Positions 47,120 to 56,154 of a DNA stretch of 60,261 bases are shown here, in pieces. The stretch's first letter is position 1; every line of letters starts with the position of its first letter. Under the pieces are notes generated by a model, which searched no databases, had not been told where the DNA came from, and worked only from the letters and a program-made list of their open reading frames with translations. Both the position numbers and the translations under genes were made by a program. Source of the DNA: Fibrobacteria bacterium (GTDB lineage: Bacteria > Fibrobacterota > Fibrobacteria > UBA5070); assembly GCA_035604215.1 (NCBI GenBank), contig DATNIW010000104.1, forward strand, positions 1 through 60,261, written 5' to 3'.

Positions 47120-48624
47120 CGCACGAAGTTAGATCGTCTCAGCCTGGCCGCGAGTTCGATCGGGTCCGGCCACGACGCGTCGGGATGGACCCAGATCGAG
47201 AAACCGGAATCGTCGGCGGGAGGAATCCATTGGGCGGCGCGGGTGCGCAGGAGTTCTTCCACCGACGGAAAGTACTCCTGCGGCATGGGTCTGGGCAGAC
47301 GCGAGGTCTCGAACGCGTGGGGTTCCACCGTGGCGACGCCCACGAGGCCCCGGGCGTTGTGGCTCTCCGGATAGGGCAGGACGAGTTCCTCCAACCGGTG
47401 CGAAAGCAGTTCCGCGAACCGGGCGGCCCCGGCAGCCCCGGTGTGCGAAAGCAGCAGGAGAAGCTCGTCCTGGTTCCCACGACCGGCGAGATCGGATCCC
47501 CGGATGGAGCTGCGCAAAAGATGCCCCACGTGCTCCAGCGAGATGTCGGCGTGCCGGGGATTCATGGCGCGCATGTCGCCCATCCCCTCGATGGACACCA
47601 TCGCGAAACTGACCGAGTGGCCGAATCGGAAGGCTTGTCGCAGTTCGCGAACGGCGATTTCCCGCCAGAACCGACGCGACTGCAGTCCCGTCACCGGATC
47701 GAGGGTCGCGCCCTGGCGCACCAGGCAACCATTCGCGATCTGCAGGGCCAGGAAGGAGAGGATCTCGGCCTGGGGCGAATCCGGCAATGGGGCGGGACGC
47801 GCCAGGATGCAACCGAGCCACCGGCCGTCGGCGCGCAGCGGCACGACCCCGAGACCGTGCGCCAGGATGGTGCTTTCCGTTCGCGGAGCGCGCGCCACGG
47901 CTCGTGCCAATTCGTGGCCGATCTGCGACTCCAGGCTGTCCTCGCGGCTCCACGCCCCCTTTGCGGCCACCACTTGGAGGTCTTCCGGACCTTCGGGCCC
48001 CTGGGGATCCCAGAAATCGGATTCCTCTTCCAGACGGGAAGGGGGGAGGTAGGTGGGCTGGATCGGGGCGAGCGCCACCAGAACGTCGTCCAGAGCCAAG
48101 GTTTCGGAGGCCTCGGCGAGGATGGCTTCCATCTCCATTTCCAAGGGCATCTTCTCGTCGGGGCGAAGGCAGCTTGAGATCACCTGGCGCAGCCCCTTGG
48201 AGGAAGCCTCCAACTGCCGCACCACGGCTCCGTGTCGCAGCGCCAACCCCACCCAGAGGAGCAATTCGTCGGGACCCCGGCTCTTGTCGCAGTAGCCCTG
48301 GATGTCCAGTCGGTCGATCAGCTCCCGGGGAGGACTTTCGGAGGAGTAGCCCGTCAGCAGCACCACCTGCAAGGTGGGATCGCGCACCTGCACCAGGATG
48401 TCCGGGGCCGAGAGTCCGGGCATGAAGTAGTCCAGGAGCAGCAGGTCGACCTGTTCCGATTCCAGGGCGGCCAGGCACTGGACGCCGTCCAGGGCGGTCA
48501 GGACCCGGTGACCTTCCCGTTCCAGGAGCGCTCGGGTGGATTCCAGGAATTCCACCTGGTCGTCGACGCAGAGGATGGTGCGTCCGGTCGAGGGCCGGTT
48601 CCCGGAATTCGGTCGCCGGCCCAT
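47116..48624 (-). CDS. Response regulator REC-GAF-like-degenerate GGDEF (probable c-di-GMP receptor)
   Basis: CVDDQ, LLDYFMPG, YCDKS; LDPVTGL; RGSD (RxxD) followed by RGNQDE instead of RYGGDEF; metal-binding DxDxFK replaced by SIEGMG. Confidence 0.85.
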   Translation of the reverse strand: MGRRPNSGNRPSTGRTILCVDDQVEFLESTRALLEREGHRVLTALDGVQCLAALESEQVDLLLLDYFMPGLSAPDILVQVRDPTLQVVLLTGYSSESPPRELIDRLDIQGYCDKSRGPDELLLWVGLALRHGAVVRQLEASSKGLRQVISSCLRPDEKMPLEMEMEAILAEASETLALDDVLVALAPIQPTYLPPSRLEEESDFWDPQGPEGPEDLQVVAAKGAWSREDSLESQIGHELARAVARAPRTESTILAHGLGVVPLRADGRWLGCILARPAPLPDSPQAEILSFLALQIANGCLVRQGATLDPVTGLQSRRFWREIAVRELRQAFRFGHSVSFAMVSIEGMGDMRAMNPRHADISLEHVGHLLRSSIRGSDLAGRGNQDELLLLLSHTGAAGAARFAELLSHRLEELVLPYPESHNARGLVGVATVEPHAFETSRLPRPMPQEYFPSVEELLRTRAAQWIPPADDSGFSIWVHPDASWPDPIELAARLRRSNFVR

Positions 48625-48625
48625 C

Positions 48626-50155
48626 TCACTGCTCCTCGCGGGACAGCAGGGTGGAGGCGATGGAAGAATCCTGCGAGGCTTCCCACAGGTTCGGGTCGGG
48701 CCAGTCGGATGTCTCGTCGAAGTGGAAGCAGTGTCCTCCGCACTTCTTCGATGCGTACACCATGCGGTCCGCGCGGGAAAAGGTCATGTGGAGCACTTGC
48801 TGGAAGTACCCGTTGGGGATGGGGCGGGGCAGGGTGTTCATCTCGAAGGAATGGGGCAGCAAGGTGGAAAGTCCCATGCTGGCGCGCAGGTCGTACGGGC
48901 CCATGGTGCCCTGCATGTCCTGGCGCTCCATCTCCCGCAGCACCCGGTTGCAGAACACCGTCGCTCCCTCCTGCGAGGTCCGCGGCAGAGCTGTGACGAA
49001 CTCGTCTCCGCCGTACCTGCCCACCACGTCGGACGACCGGGAGGATGCGCGCAGGATCCGGCCCACGGTTTCCAGCGCCTTGTCGCCGGTGAGATGCCCG
49101 TGGTGGTCGTTGATGCTCTTGAACCGGTCCAGGTCGAAGATGGCGAGGGTGATCGGATGGCGGAACCGGAAGGCGGTGCGGATCTCGCGCAGCGCCATCT
49201 GCTCCCAGAACTTCCGGGCGTAGACCCCGGTGAGGGGATCCAGCGTGGCCATCTGGTAGAGCTGGGCGTTCTGCACGGCCACCGCCGCCTGGTTCGCGAA
49301 CACGTTGAGCATCTCGATGTTTTCCGGTGCGATGCTCGGGACGTCGTCCAGGTAGATCACCCCGATGGTCAGCGCCCCGATCCGGAGCGGGACGCTGGTG
49401 CTCCGGGCCGCCCGCATCAGGGCGCCATCCTTGAGGGAATGCCGCACCTGCTCCAGCGCGTCGTCCTGCAGGGCCACCTCCACCCGTTCCTGCCCCTCGA
49501 AGCGGCCGATCCCGGCGTGGATGACGAGTTCCCGCTCCTCTTCCACCATGGCCAGGAAGGCGTCGGAGGCGCCGTCCTTGCGGTCGGTGCCGGCCTGGAC
49601 GGCCACGAACGAGTGCACCGCTCCGACCAGGCCCGCGATCTGGTAGAGGATGCCCTGAAGGAGCTCTTCCAGAGGTTGGATCCGGTGGAGATCGGGAGTG
49701 ACGTCCAGGATGTAGCGCAATCCCTGGCGGCTCATGTCCAGGGTGCGGACCTGCTTGGCGAATTTCAGCCCCACGTCCACCCAGAGCAGCAGCTCCTCGG
49801 GCCCTCCGCTCTTGTCGCAGTATCCCTGGATGTCCAGCCGGGCCAGCATCTCCCTGGGCGGGCGCTCGCTCGCGTATCCCGTCTGTAGGACGATCTGGAC
49901 GCGGGTGTTGAAGGTCCGCAGTTCGTTCACCACCTCTTCGCCGGTCATGCCCGGCATGAAGTAGTCCAGCAGCAGCAGCTCCACGTCCTCGCGCCGGAGG
50001 ATCGCCAGCGCGTCGGGACCGTTGTCCGCCACCAGGACGGTGTGTCCCTCGCGCTCCAGCAGGGCCACGGTGGAATCCAGGATCTCCTGGCTGTCGTCCA
50101 CCAGGAGGATGGTCCGTCCCGTGCCTTCGCGCCTCGCGTTGGTCTTTCGCGCCAT
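48626..50155 (-). CDS. Response regulator diguanylate cyclase (REC-DUF3369/GAF-like-GGDEF)
   Basis: LVDDS, LLDYFMPG, LDPLTGV, FDLDRFKSINDHHGHLTGD, RSSD I-site, RYGGDEF. Confidence 0.93.
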   Translation of the reverse strand: MARKTNARREGTGRTILLVDDSQEILDSTVALLEREGHTVLVADNGPDALAILRREDVELLLLDYFMPGMTGEEVVNELRTFNTRVQIVLQTGYASERPPREMLARLDIQGYCDKSGGPEELLLWVDVGLKFAKQVRTLDMSRQGLRYILDVTPDLHRIQPLEELLQGILYQIAGLVGAVHSFVAVQAGTDRKDGASDAFLAMVEEERELVIHAGIGRFEGQERVEVALQDDALEQVRHSLKDGALMRAARSTSVPLRIGALTIGVIYLDDVPSIAPENIEMLNVFANQAAVAVQNAQLYQMATLDPLTGVYARKFWEQMALREIRTAFRFRHPITLAIFDLDRFKSINDHHGHLTGDKALETVGRILRASSRSSDVVGRYGGDEFVTALPRTSQEGATVFCNRVLREMERQDMQGTMGPYDLRASMGLSTLLPHSFEMNTLPRPIPNGYFQQVLHMTFSRADRMVYASKKCGGHCFHFDETSDWPDPNLWEASQDSSIASTLLSREEQ

Positions 50156-50158
50156 GGT

Positions 50159-52687
50159 TCAAGCCTCCTGGATCGCGGGCAGCCGGACCGTGAAGGTGGT
50201 TCCGTCGCCGATGCGGCTGTCCACCTCGATGCGGCCGCCGAAGTCGCCTTGCACGATGTCGTGGATGATGGTGAGCCCGAGGCCGGTTCCCTTGCCGACG
50301 GGCTTGGTGGTGAACAAGGGATCGAAGATGCGGCCCATGTCCTCGTCGGAGATCCCCGTGCCCTGGTCGGAAACCAGCACGCGGACCTCGGACGCGTCGG
50401 CCTGGACGGAAATCGTCACGACTCCGCCGCCTCTGCGCTCCATGGCGTCGATGGCGTTGGTCACGAGGTTGGTGACCACCTGCGCGAAGCGGTCGGGGAT
50501 CCCCAGCACCGAGGCCGGTCGCGACCGGAAGTCCGTGCGCACTTCGCACTTCGCGCTCCGAAGCGTGTGGGACAGGAGGAGGACCGCCTCCTCCACGACC
50601 CGCACCAGGTCGAAGACCTGCTTGTCCTTGGCCCCCATGTCCCGGGTCTGGCTCTTGATGGACCGGACGAATCCGGCCGCCTTCTCGCTGGCGCGGGAGA
50701 CGATGTCCAGGGTCTTCAGCATGTCGCCGGCGATCTCGCGGTGGTCCTTCTCCTCCACGCCCGGGTCTCCGATGGAGTCCCGGTACTCCTCGACGAGCTT
50801 CCTGAGCTCGTCCACCGATCCGCGCACGGCGGCGAGCGGGGTGTTCATCTCGTGCGCGATTCCCGCCGTGAGCTTGCCCAGGCTCGCCATCTTCTCCGAG
50901 TGGACCAGTTGGCCCTGGTTCTTCCGCAGGTGGTCCAGAGCCTCCTCGAGCTCGTGGGTGCGGGTGCGCACCTCGCGCGACAGCCGCTCGCCCATCAGGG
51001 CGGCCGATATCTGGGTCCTGAGGGCGTCCAGGAGAACTCCGCGGCGCGGCGCGAGCTCCATGAGGGCGAACCCGAGAGGCGTCTCCTCGAAGAACAGCGG
51101 CTCCATGGCGAGGGAGGCGCGCACGGGCGATTCCCCGACCAGTGACCGCAGGAGTCCGCGGATGCGGACCAACCGGCCTTCCGGAGGAAGCTGGGCGCGC
51201 ACCCCCCTGGCCCAGGAAAGGATGAGGCGGAAATTGTCATCGGATGCGCCGGTCCGGTCCACGTCGCCCTCGGTCTTCTCCCTGAGCAGCAGGTGGCAGC
51301 TCGAGAGCTGCAGGAGAGGGAGGTCGGTCGCCAGGTTCTCGATCAGGTTCCCGACGTCGAAGCTCGTGATCAGGTGTCCGCCCGTCTCCTGGAGCTGTCG
51401 CGTCCAGCGTTCGATCTGGAGCGACTTGTAGGCCGACCTCTGGACCACGCGCTCGTGCGCCAGCAGCCGCAGCTGGTGGAAGATGCCCTCCACCGAAGGG
51501 GTCTCCGGTGATCCGGGGGGCAGGAAGGGAAGCGTCGCCTTGCGAAGCCGCGATACCAGGATCTGCCATCGGTCGGAATCGTCCGCGAACCCGGCGCTCT
51601 CGTCCAGGAGCGCTTCGAAGGAGCGCAACGAGGCCTCGCCTCCGGAGCCGGCGCGCGCATCCGAGGAGATCGCCGCGACCAGGGTGGAGAGGGCGGGGGA
51701 TTCCGCGAGGGCGGGATCCAGGGACTCCAGGGAAGACCGCACCGCGGCGAGGTGTCCTCCCGAGCCCAGCGACGGCTCGCGCGAAGTCCCGTCGCCGCGG
51801 GGCCGACCTTCCTCGATGGAGAAGGAATGGCAGCCGCAGGAGCCGCGCGCCACCAATGAGGCGGCCTGGAGCGTGATGTGCGGCGCGGTGCGGCCCGCCA
51901 TGAGGTCGAGAGCCAGCCGCATGCAGGTGCGCCCCTGCTCCACCACGGGTTGGCGCACCGAAGTGAGCGCGGGAGTGGAGAACATCGCGTCCTCGATGTC
52001 GTCGAATCCCGTCACGACGACGTCGTCCGGGACCCGCCGACCCGCCGCCTTCAGGGCTTCCATCGCTCCCAGGGCCATCTCGTCGTTGGCGGCGATCACG
52101 GCGTCGAAGGGAACGCCCCGTTCGAGCAGTTCTCGGATCCGGAGCCGCCCCAGGCCGAAGTCGAATTCACCCACCAGTTCCAGCTCGGGGTCGAGAACCA
52201 ACCGGTGCCTTTCCAGCACGGCGTGGAACGCCTGCCTGCGTTCGATGGCTTCGGGGTTGCGGACAGGTCCTCCCAGGAACACCGGCCTGCGGCGACCGTG
52301 GTGCCCCACCACGTGCTCCACAACCGATTCCATTCCCGCCGCGTTGTCCACCATCACGCAGGCCGAACCGGGGATCTCCATCCCGGCGACCACCACGGGG
52401 ACGGCGGGAAGCTTCCCGAGGAATTCGACGACCTGGTCGGGCGACAGCGAGTTGGCCACCGCGGGGGCCATCAGCACCAGGGCGTCCACGTCCTGGGCAT
52501 CCACCAGATGGAACGCCTGGTTCCGCATGCGCTTGACGAGGTCCGTGGATCCCACCTCCCCGCCGTTGAAGCTGATCAGGTCGCATCCCGCCGCGGTGGC
52601 TTCCGCATCGAGCCCGAGCCAGTGGCCGTACTGGTAGGAGCCCACCAGGTCGTTCACCAGCAATCCCACCACGGGACGTGCTTCCAT
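50159..52687 (-). CDS. Soluble histidine kinase with N-terminal LacI/periplasmic-binding-protein-like sugar sensor domain
   Basis: VMVDNAAGM..VVEHVV..HGRRR.VFLGGP..N.EA.ER, FDAVIAANDEMALGA, VPDDVVVTGFDD, PALTSVRQP; GIAHEMNTPL, NLVTNAIDA, FTTKPVGKGTGLGL; no HTH, TM or signal peptide; start 52687. Confidence 0.92.
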   Translation of the reverse strand: MEARPVVGLLVNDLVGSYQYGHWLGLDAEATAAGCDLISFNGGEVGSTDLVKRMRNQAFHLVDAQDVDALVLMAPAVANSLSPDQVVEFLGKLPAVPVVVAGMEIPGSACVMVDNAAGMESVVEHVVGHHGRRRPVFLGGPVRNPEAIERRQAFHAVLERHRLVLDPELELVGEFDFGLGRLRIRELLERGVPFDAVIAANDEMALGAMEALKAAGRRVPDDVVVTGFDDIEDAMFSTPALTSVRQPVVEQGRTCMRLALDLMAGRTAPHITLQAASLVARGSCGCHSFSIEEGRPRGDGTSREPSLGSGGHLAAVRSSLESLDPALAESPALSTLVAAISSDARAGSGGEASLRSFEALLDESAGFADDSDRWQILVSRLRKATLPFLPPGSPETPSVEGIFHQLRLLAHERVVQRSAYKSLQIERWTRQLQETGGHLITSFDVGNLIENLATDLPLLQLSSCHLLLREKTEGDVDRTGASDDNFRLILSWARGVRAQLPPEGRLVRIRGLLRSLVGESPVRASLAMEPLFFEETPLGFALMELAPRRGVLLDALRTQISAALMGERLSREVRTRTHELEEALDHLRKNQGQLVHSEKMASLGKLTAGIAHEMNTPLAAVRGSVDELRKLVEEYRDSIGDPGVEEKDHREIAGDMLKTLDIVSRASEKAAGFVRSIKSQTRDMGAKDKQVFDLVRVVEEAVLLLSHTLRSAKCEVRTDFRSRPASVLGIPDRFAQVVTNLVTNAIDAMERRGGGVVTISVQADASEVRVLVSDQGTGISDEDMGRIFDPLFTTKPVGKGTGLGLTIIHDIVQGDFGGRIEVDSRIGDGTTFTVRLPAIQEA

Positions 52688-52689
52688 GC

Positions 52690-55689
52690 CTATTTCTCCT
52701 TGGCGGTGTGGATTCCGTCCCACGAGGACGGGGGTGTTTCCATGTAGGAGGCGCAGCGTACGGCGAAGACCTCGCTGGGGTTGGTCTTGGCTCCGGGCTC
52801 CCCTCCGTTCGGCTCCAGGTCCAGGCACGCCAGGAAGCCGTCGCGCGCGCTCCCGAATTCGCCGGCCTGGTAGAGGGCGCGGGCCTGGCCAAAGGTCCGG
52901 ACGCATTCCACCCAGGTCCCGGGTGCGTTCTCCTCGAGTCCCAGGATCTCGTGGACCACGACGGCCTCTTCCCTACCCACCACGCGCAGAAGATCCAGCT
53001 CGCGGGACAGGATTCCGCTTCCGGCCGCGTCCAAGGTGGACGAGGTGGTCAGGATCCAGACGCCGTACTGCTTGGATGCGCCCTCCAGGCGTGCGGCAAG
53101 GTTCACGTCGTCCCCCATCATGGTGTAGTTCATCCGCAGGTCAGACCCCATGTTGCCGGTGACGATCCGACCGGTGTGGACGCCGATGCGCATGCGCATC
53201 CGGTGCACGATCTCCGGCCATCTCGGTGCTTCATTCTCCCATTTTTCCCGGAGACGGGCCAGCCGCTCCTGCATGGCGATGGCGGCGAGCAGGGCCTGGC
53301 GGGGGTGGTCGGGCAAGGGAATCGGGGCGCCGAACATGGCGACGATGGCGTCCCCGATGTACTTGTCCAGGCAGCCTTGGCGCTGCGTCAGGATGTCCGT
53401 CATGGCCTTGAAGTACTCGTTGATCAGTTCCACCAGGTCGGGAGGGGAGAGGACCTCCGAGAAGGTGGAGAAGCCCTGGATGTCGCTGAAGAAGGCGGTG
53501 ATCTCGCGTTCTTCCCCGCCCAGCCTGGGGAGCATCCCCGAGGACACCATCTGGTCGATCAGTTCGGGGCTGATGTAGGTGCTGAACGAGGTGTGGAGGA
53601 ATTTCCGCTGCCGCTCTTCCAGGACGTAGCGGACCGCGAGGACGGCGACCAGGGCGAAGGGCATGGCGAGCATCGGACCCAGTTGCCGGATCCAGAGTCC
53701 GCGGTCGAAGGCCATGGTGGAGCCCGCGAAGAACGCGGGAGCCAGGAGCAGGAGGGCGAAGATGGCCCATCCCGGCGGCAGGAGGATGGTGGCGAGGCCC
53801 ATGACCATGGCGGCGGCCAGGACCAGGAGAAGGTCCACCCAGGCGGGAACGGGGGCCAGCGAATCGCCCCAGGCCAACGCCAGCGCCTCGGTGGCCTGGA
53901 GGTTCACGCCGGGATGGTGGCGTTGGATGGGGACGTCGATGAAGTCCGCCAGGGCCGGCGCGGAGGACCCCAGGACGAAGATCCGTCCCGGGATCTGGTC
54001 GGGATCGTACCGGCCTTCCAGCACGTCCAGGTAGCTGACATGCCGGATCCACGCCTGGTCGGGTCCCCGGTTCTCCCATTGCGAAGGCGCCTGGAAAGGG
54101 ACGTACGCGGCGCCGCTCCCGTCCAGGGGAACGACGATGGGATCGCCCAGGGCCAGGGTGTCGCGCGGTCCCAGGGATTCGACCCGCAGGGGATCCAGGG
54201 CCAGGAGCGCATCGAGGGAGCTTCCGCGCAAACAGGGGATGGACGAGGCCAGGCGGCGGCGCACCGGATCCCACCAGACTTCGATCCAGTTCGAGATGCG
54301 CACTTCGGAGTCCGGGGGGAACCCCTTCCATCCGTCTCGGGACAGGTCCATCAAAGGCTTGCGGAGCCGTTCCAGGGTGGAGGAATCCAGGGCCGGTCCG
54401 TCCACGAACGAATCCCTCGCGACGCGTCGCGACAGGACGAGCCCGTCGGGGGTCATGGAGGCTGCGACGGAATCCGTCGGCATCGTCCGGCCCGGGGCCG
54501 GTGGAATCCCGGCGGGAAACGCGCCGTCGCGCAGCAGGACGGCCAGGGCGCGGACCCGGGCGTCGTCCAGGCTGTCGGGGTAGGGGAGGGCCACCCGGAG
54601 CCTGCCCGCGGAATCGCGATCGATCCAGAGCTGGCGCGTGGGTTCGAGCACCCCGGCCCGGACCCGCCGCAGGCTGTCCAACGCGGATTTGGAGGCGAGA
54701 AGGTCCCGGCACATGGGCCAGGTCAGTTCGGGGGCCGAAGTCTCGATTCCCGCGGTGCCCTTCCAGATCCTGAGGGGCGCTCCCAGCAGGAGACGATCCC
54801 CCTCCAGCCGGAATCCGTCGGCAGGCCTGCCCAGGAGGACCAGGGCGGAGGAGAGGGAAAGGGCGGGGTAGGCGGCTTCCCGGGCCTGGGAAGTGTCGGG
54901 CGACGCGTCGATCGAATCCGGAAACCGCCACAGCAGCTGGACGCGGCGCACGGTGCCGTCGGGGTCGGGTTCCACGTTGGCGAGACCCAGGCGGGAGGCG
55001 GACCGGGCGAGGTCGGGGTAGAGGTTGTCCAGCGTCGCGCGTGCGCGCAGGCCGGCGAGGCACGAATCGGGAAGGGAGATCCCCTTCCAAAGCGAATCCT
55101 GCCACGAACGGGTGGCCCGGGGGATCCAGTCCGAGGGATTCGGGTAGTCCAGCTTGTTCCCCAACTGGGCGGCCACCACCGCCCTCGGGGAGCGGCGCAC
55201 GGCGGTTTCCAGGGTCCGCGACCAGTCCAGGCGACGACGGAGCCTTTCGCGGGACTCCGCGGAAGAGGGGACCGGCCATCCGGCTTCCCTCAGGTCCTGC
55301 AGCGTGGACTCCAGCCGGGCGGCGCCGGAATCGGAGGTCTTGAACAGGATGTCGAAGACCACGGCGCCGGCACCGTGCCGCGAGAGACGGTCCAGCACCG
55401 CGGCGTGCTGGACCCGGTAGTTCTCCCCGTAGACGCCCAGGGCGCGCAGCGAGCGTTCGTCCACGTCCACCACCGTGACGGGAGCCGGAACGTCGTTTTC
55501 CGTTGGTCCGCGGACCACCATCCACGTCCAGTGGCGGAAATCGTCCAGGACTCCTTCCAGGCGGCTGGAGGGACCCTTGAGCGCGAACTCGACGGCCAGG
55601 GAGGCGAAGGCGGCCAGGATGGACGCGGCCATTCCCCAGGCGAACCGACGAACGCGGGGAGAGAGTCGTCTGGCGGCGGAGTCGGACAT
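52690..55689 (-). CDS. CHASE2-domain adenylate/guanylate cyclase (class III)
   Basis: VVDVDERSL, VVFDILF, PDPDGTVRR, GVNLQA, 3 TMs, FFSDIQGFST, DKYIGDAI, MGDDVNLAARLEG; TPR-like tail. Confidence 0.93.
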   Translation of the reverse strand: MSDSAARRLSPRVRRFAWGMAASILAAFASLAVEFALKGPSSRLEGVLDDFRHWTWMVVRGPTENDVPAPVTVVDVDERSLRALGVYGENYRVQHAAVLDRLSRHGAGAVVFDILFKTSDSGAARLESTLQDLREAGWPVPSSAESRERLRRRLDWSRTLETAVRRSPRAVVAAQLGNKLDYPNPSDWIPRATRSWQDSLWKGISLPDSCLAGLRARATLDNLYPDLARSASRLGLANVEPDPDGTVRRVQLLWRFPDSIDASPDTSQAREAAYPALSLSSALVLLGRPADGFRLEGDRLLLGAPLRIWKGTAGIETSAPELTWPMCRDLLASKSALDSLRRVRAGVLEPTRQLWIDRDSAGRLRVALPYPDSLDDARVRALAVLLRDGAFPAGIPPAPGRTMPTDSVAASMTPDGLVLSRRVARDSFVDGPALDSSTLERLRKPLMDLSRDGWKGFPPDSEVRISNWIEVWWDPVRRRLASSIPCLRGSSLDALLALDPLRVESLGPRDTLALGDPIVVPLDGSGAAYVPFQAPSQWENRGPDQAWIRHVSYLDVLEGRYDPDQIPGRIFVLGSSAPALADFIDVPIQRHHPGVNLQATEALALAWGDSLAPVPAWVDLLLVLAAAMVMGLATILLPPGWAIFALLLLAPAFFAGSTMAFDRGLWIRQLGPMLAMPFALVAVLAVRYVLEERQRKFLHTSFSTYISPELIDQMVSSGMLPRLGGEEREITAFFSDIQGFSTFSEVLSPPDLVELINEYFKAMTDILTQRQGCLDKYIGDAIVAMFGAPIPLPDHPRQALLAAIAMQERLARLREKWENEAPRWPEIVHRMRMRIGVHTGRIVTGNMGSDLRMNYTMMGDDVNLAARLEGASKQYGVWILTTSSTLDAAGSGILSRELDLLRVVGREEAVVVHEILGLEENAPGTWVECVRTFGQARALYQAGEFGSARDGFLACLDLEPNGGEPGAKTNPSEVFAVRCASYMETPPSSWDGIHTAKEK

Positions 55690-55815
55690 CGCACCATCTT
55701 ACCTCAGGCAGGTCGGTTCCGGCAAAGCCGGGCCCGGGGGGGAACGGCGGGGCGGTGTAGATTTTCGCGGCACCGGTCCGCGGACGGATCCGGTGGAGCC
55801 CGGGGAGAACGAGAC

Positions 55816-56154
55816 ATGGACCTCATACGCATCCTGGAGATCGACCAGCTCGGGGAATTCCTGCGCGGGCACGTCACCAGGGTTTCCTACGCCATGGCGA
55901 CGAGCCTGGTCGTGGTGGTCTCCGGACCGGTCAACGCGCTCCTTTCCCGGATCGTCGCGCGCTGGAACTTCCTGGTCCGGACGGTCTTCTACGTGCTCCT
56001 GTTCGCGGCGGGCTACCCCTTCTTCGCCTTCTGGAGCGAGCGGATCCTGCGCCAATTCCTGTCCGACCAGAAGCCGGTGCCGCTGGTGGTCCTGACCCTG
56101 CTCGCCTTCGTGGGCTTCGGGGTGTGGGTGGGGCAGAGGAAGCCGTTCAAGTGA
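55816..56154 (+). CDS. DUF3392-like small membrane protein
   Basis: 112 aa; I/VS.AM.A..LVV.G..VN...RI..W.F..R...YV pattern; GGGGAG RBS. Confidence 0.7.
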   Translation: MDLIRILEIDQLGEFLRGHVTRVSYAMATSLVVVVSGPVNALLSRIVARWNFLVRTVFYVLLFAAGYPFFAFWSERILRQFLSDQKPVPLVVLTLLAFVGFGVWVGQRKPFK

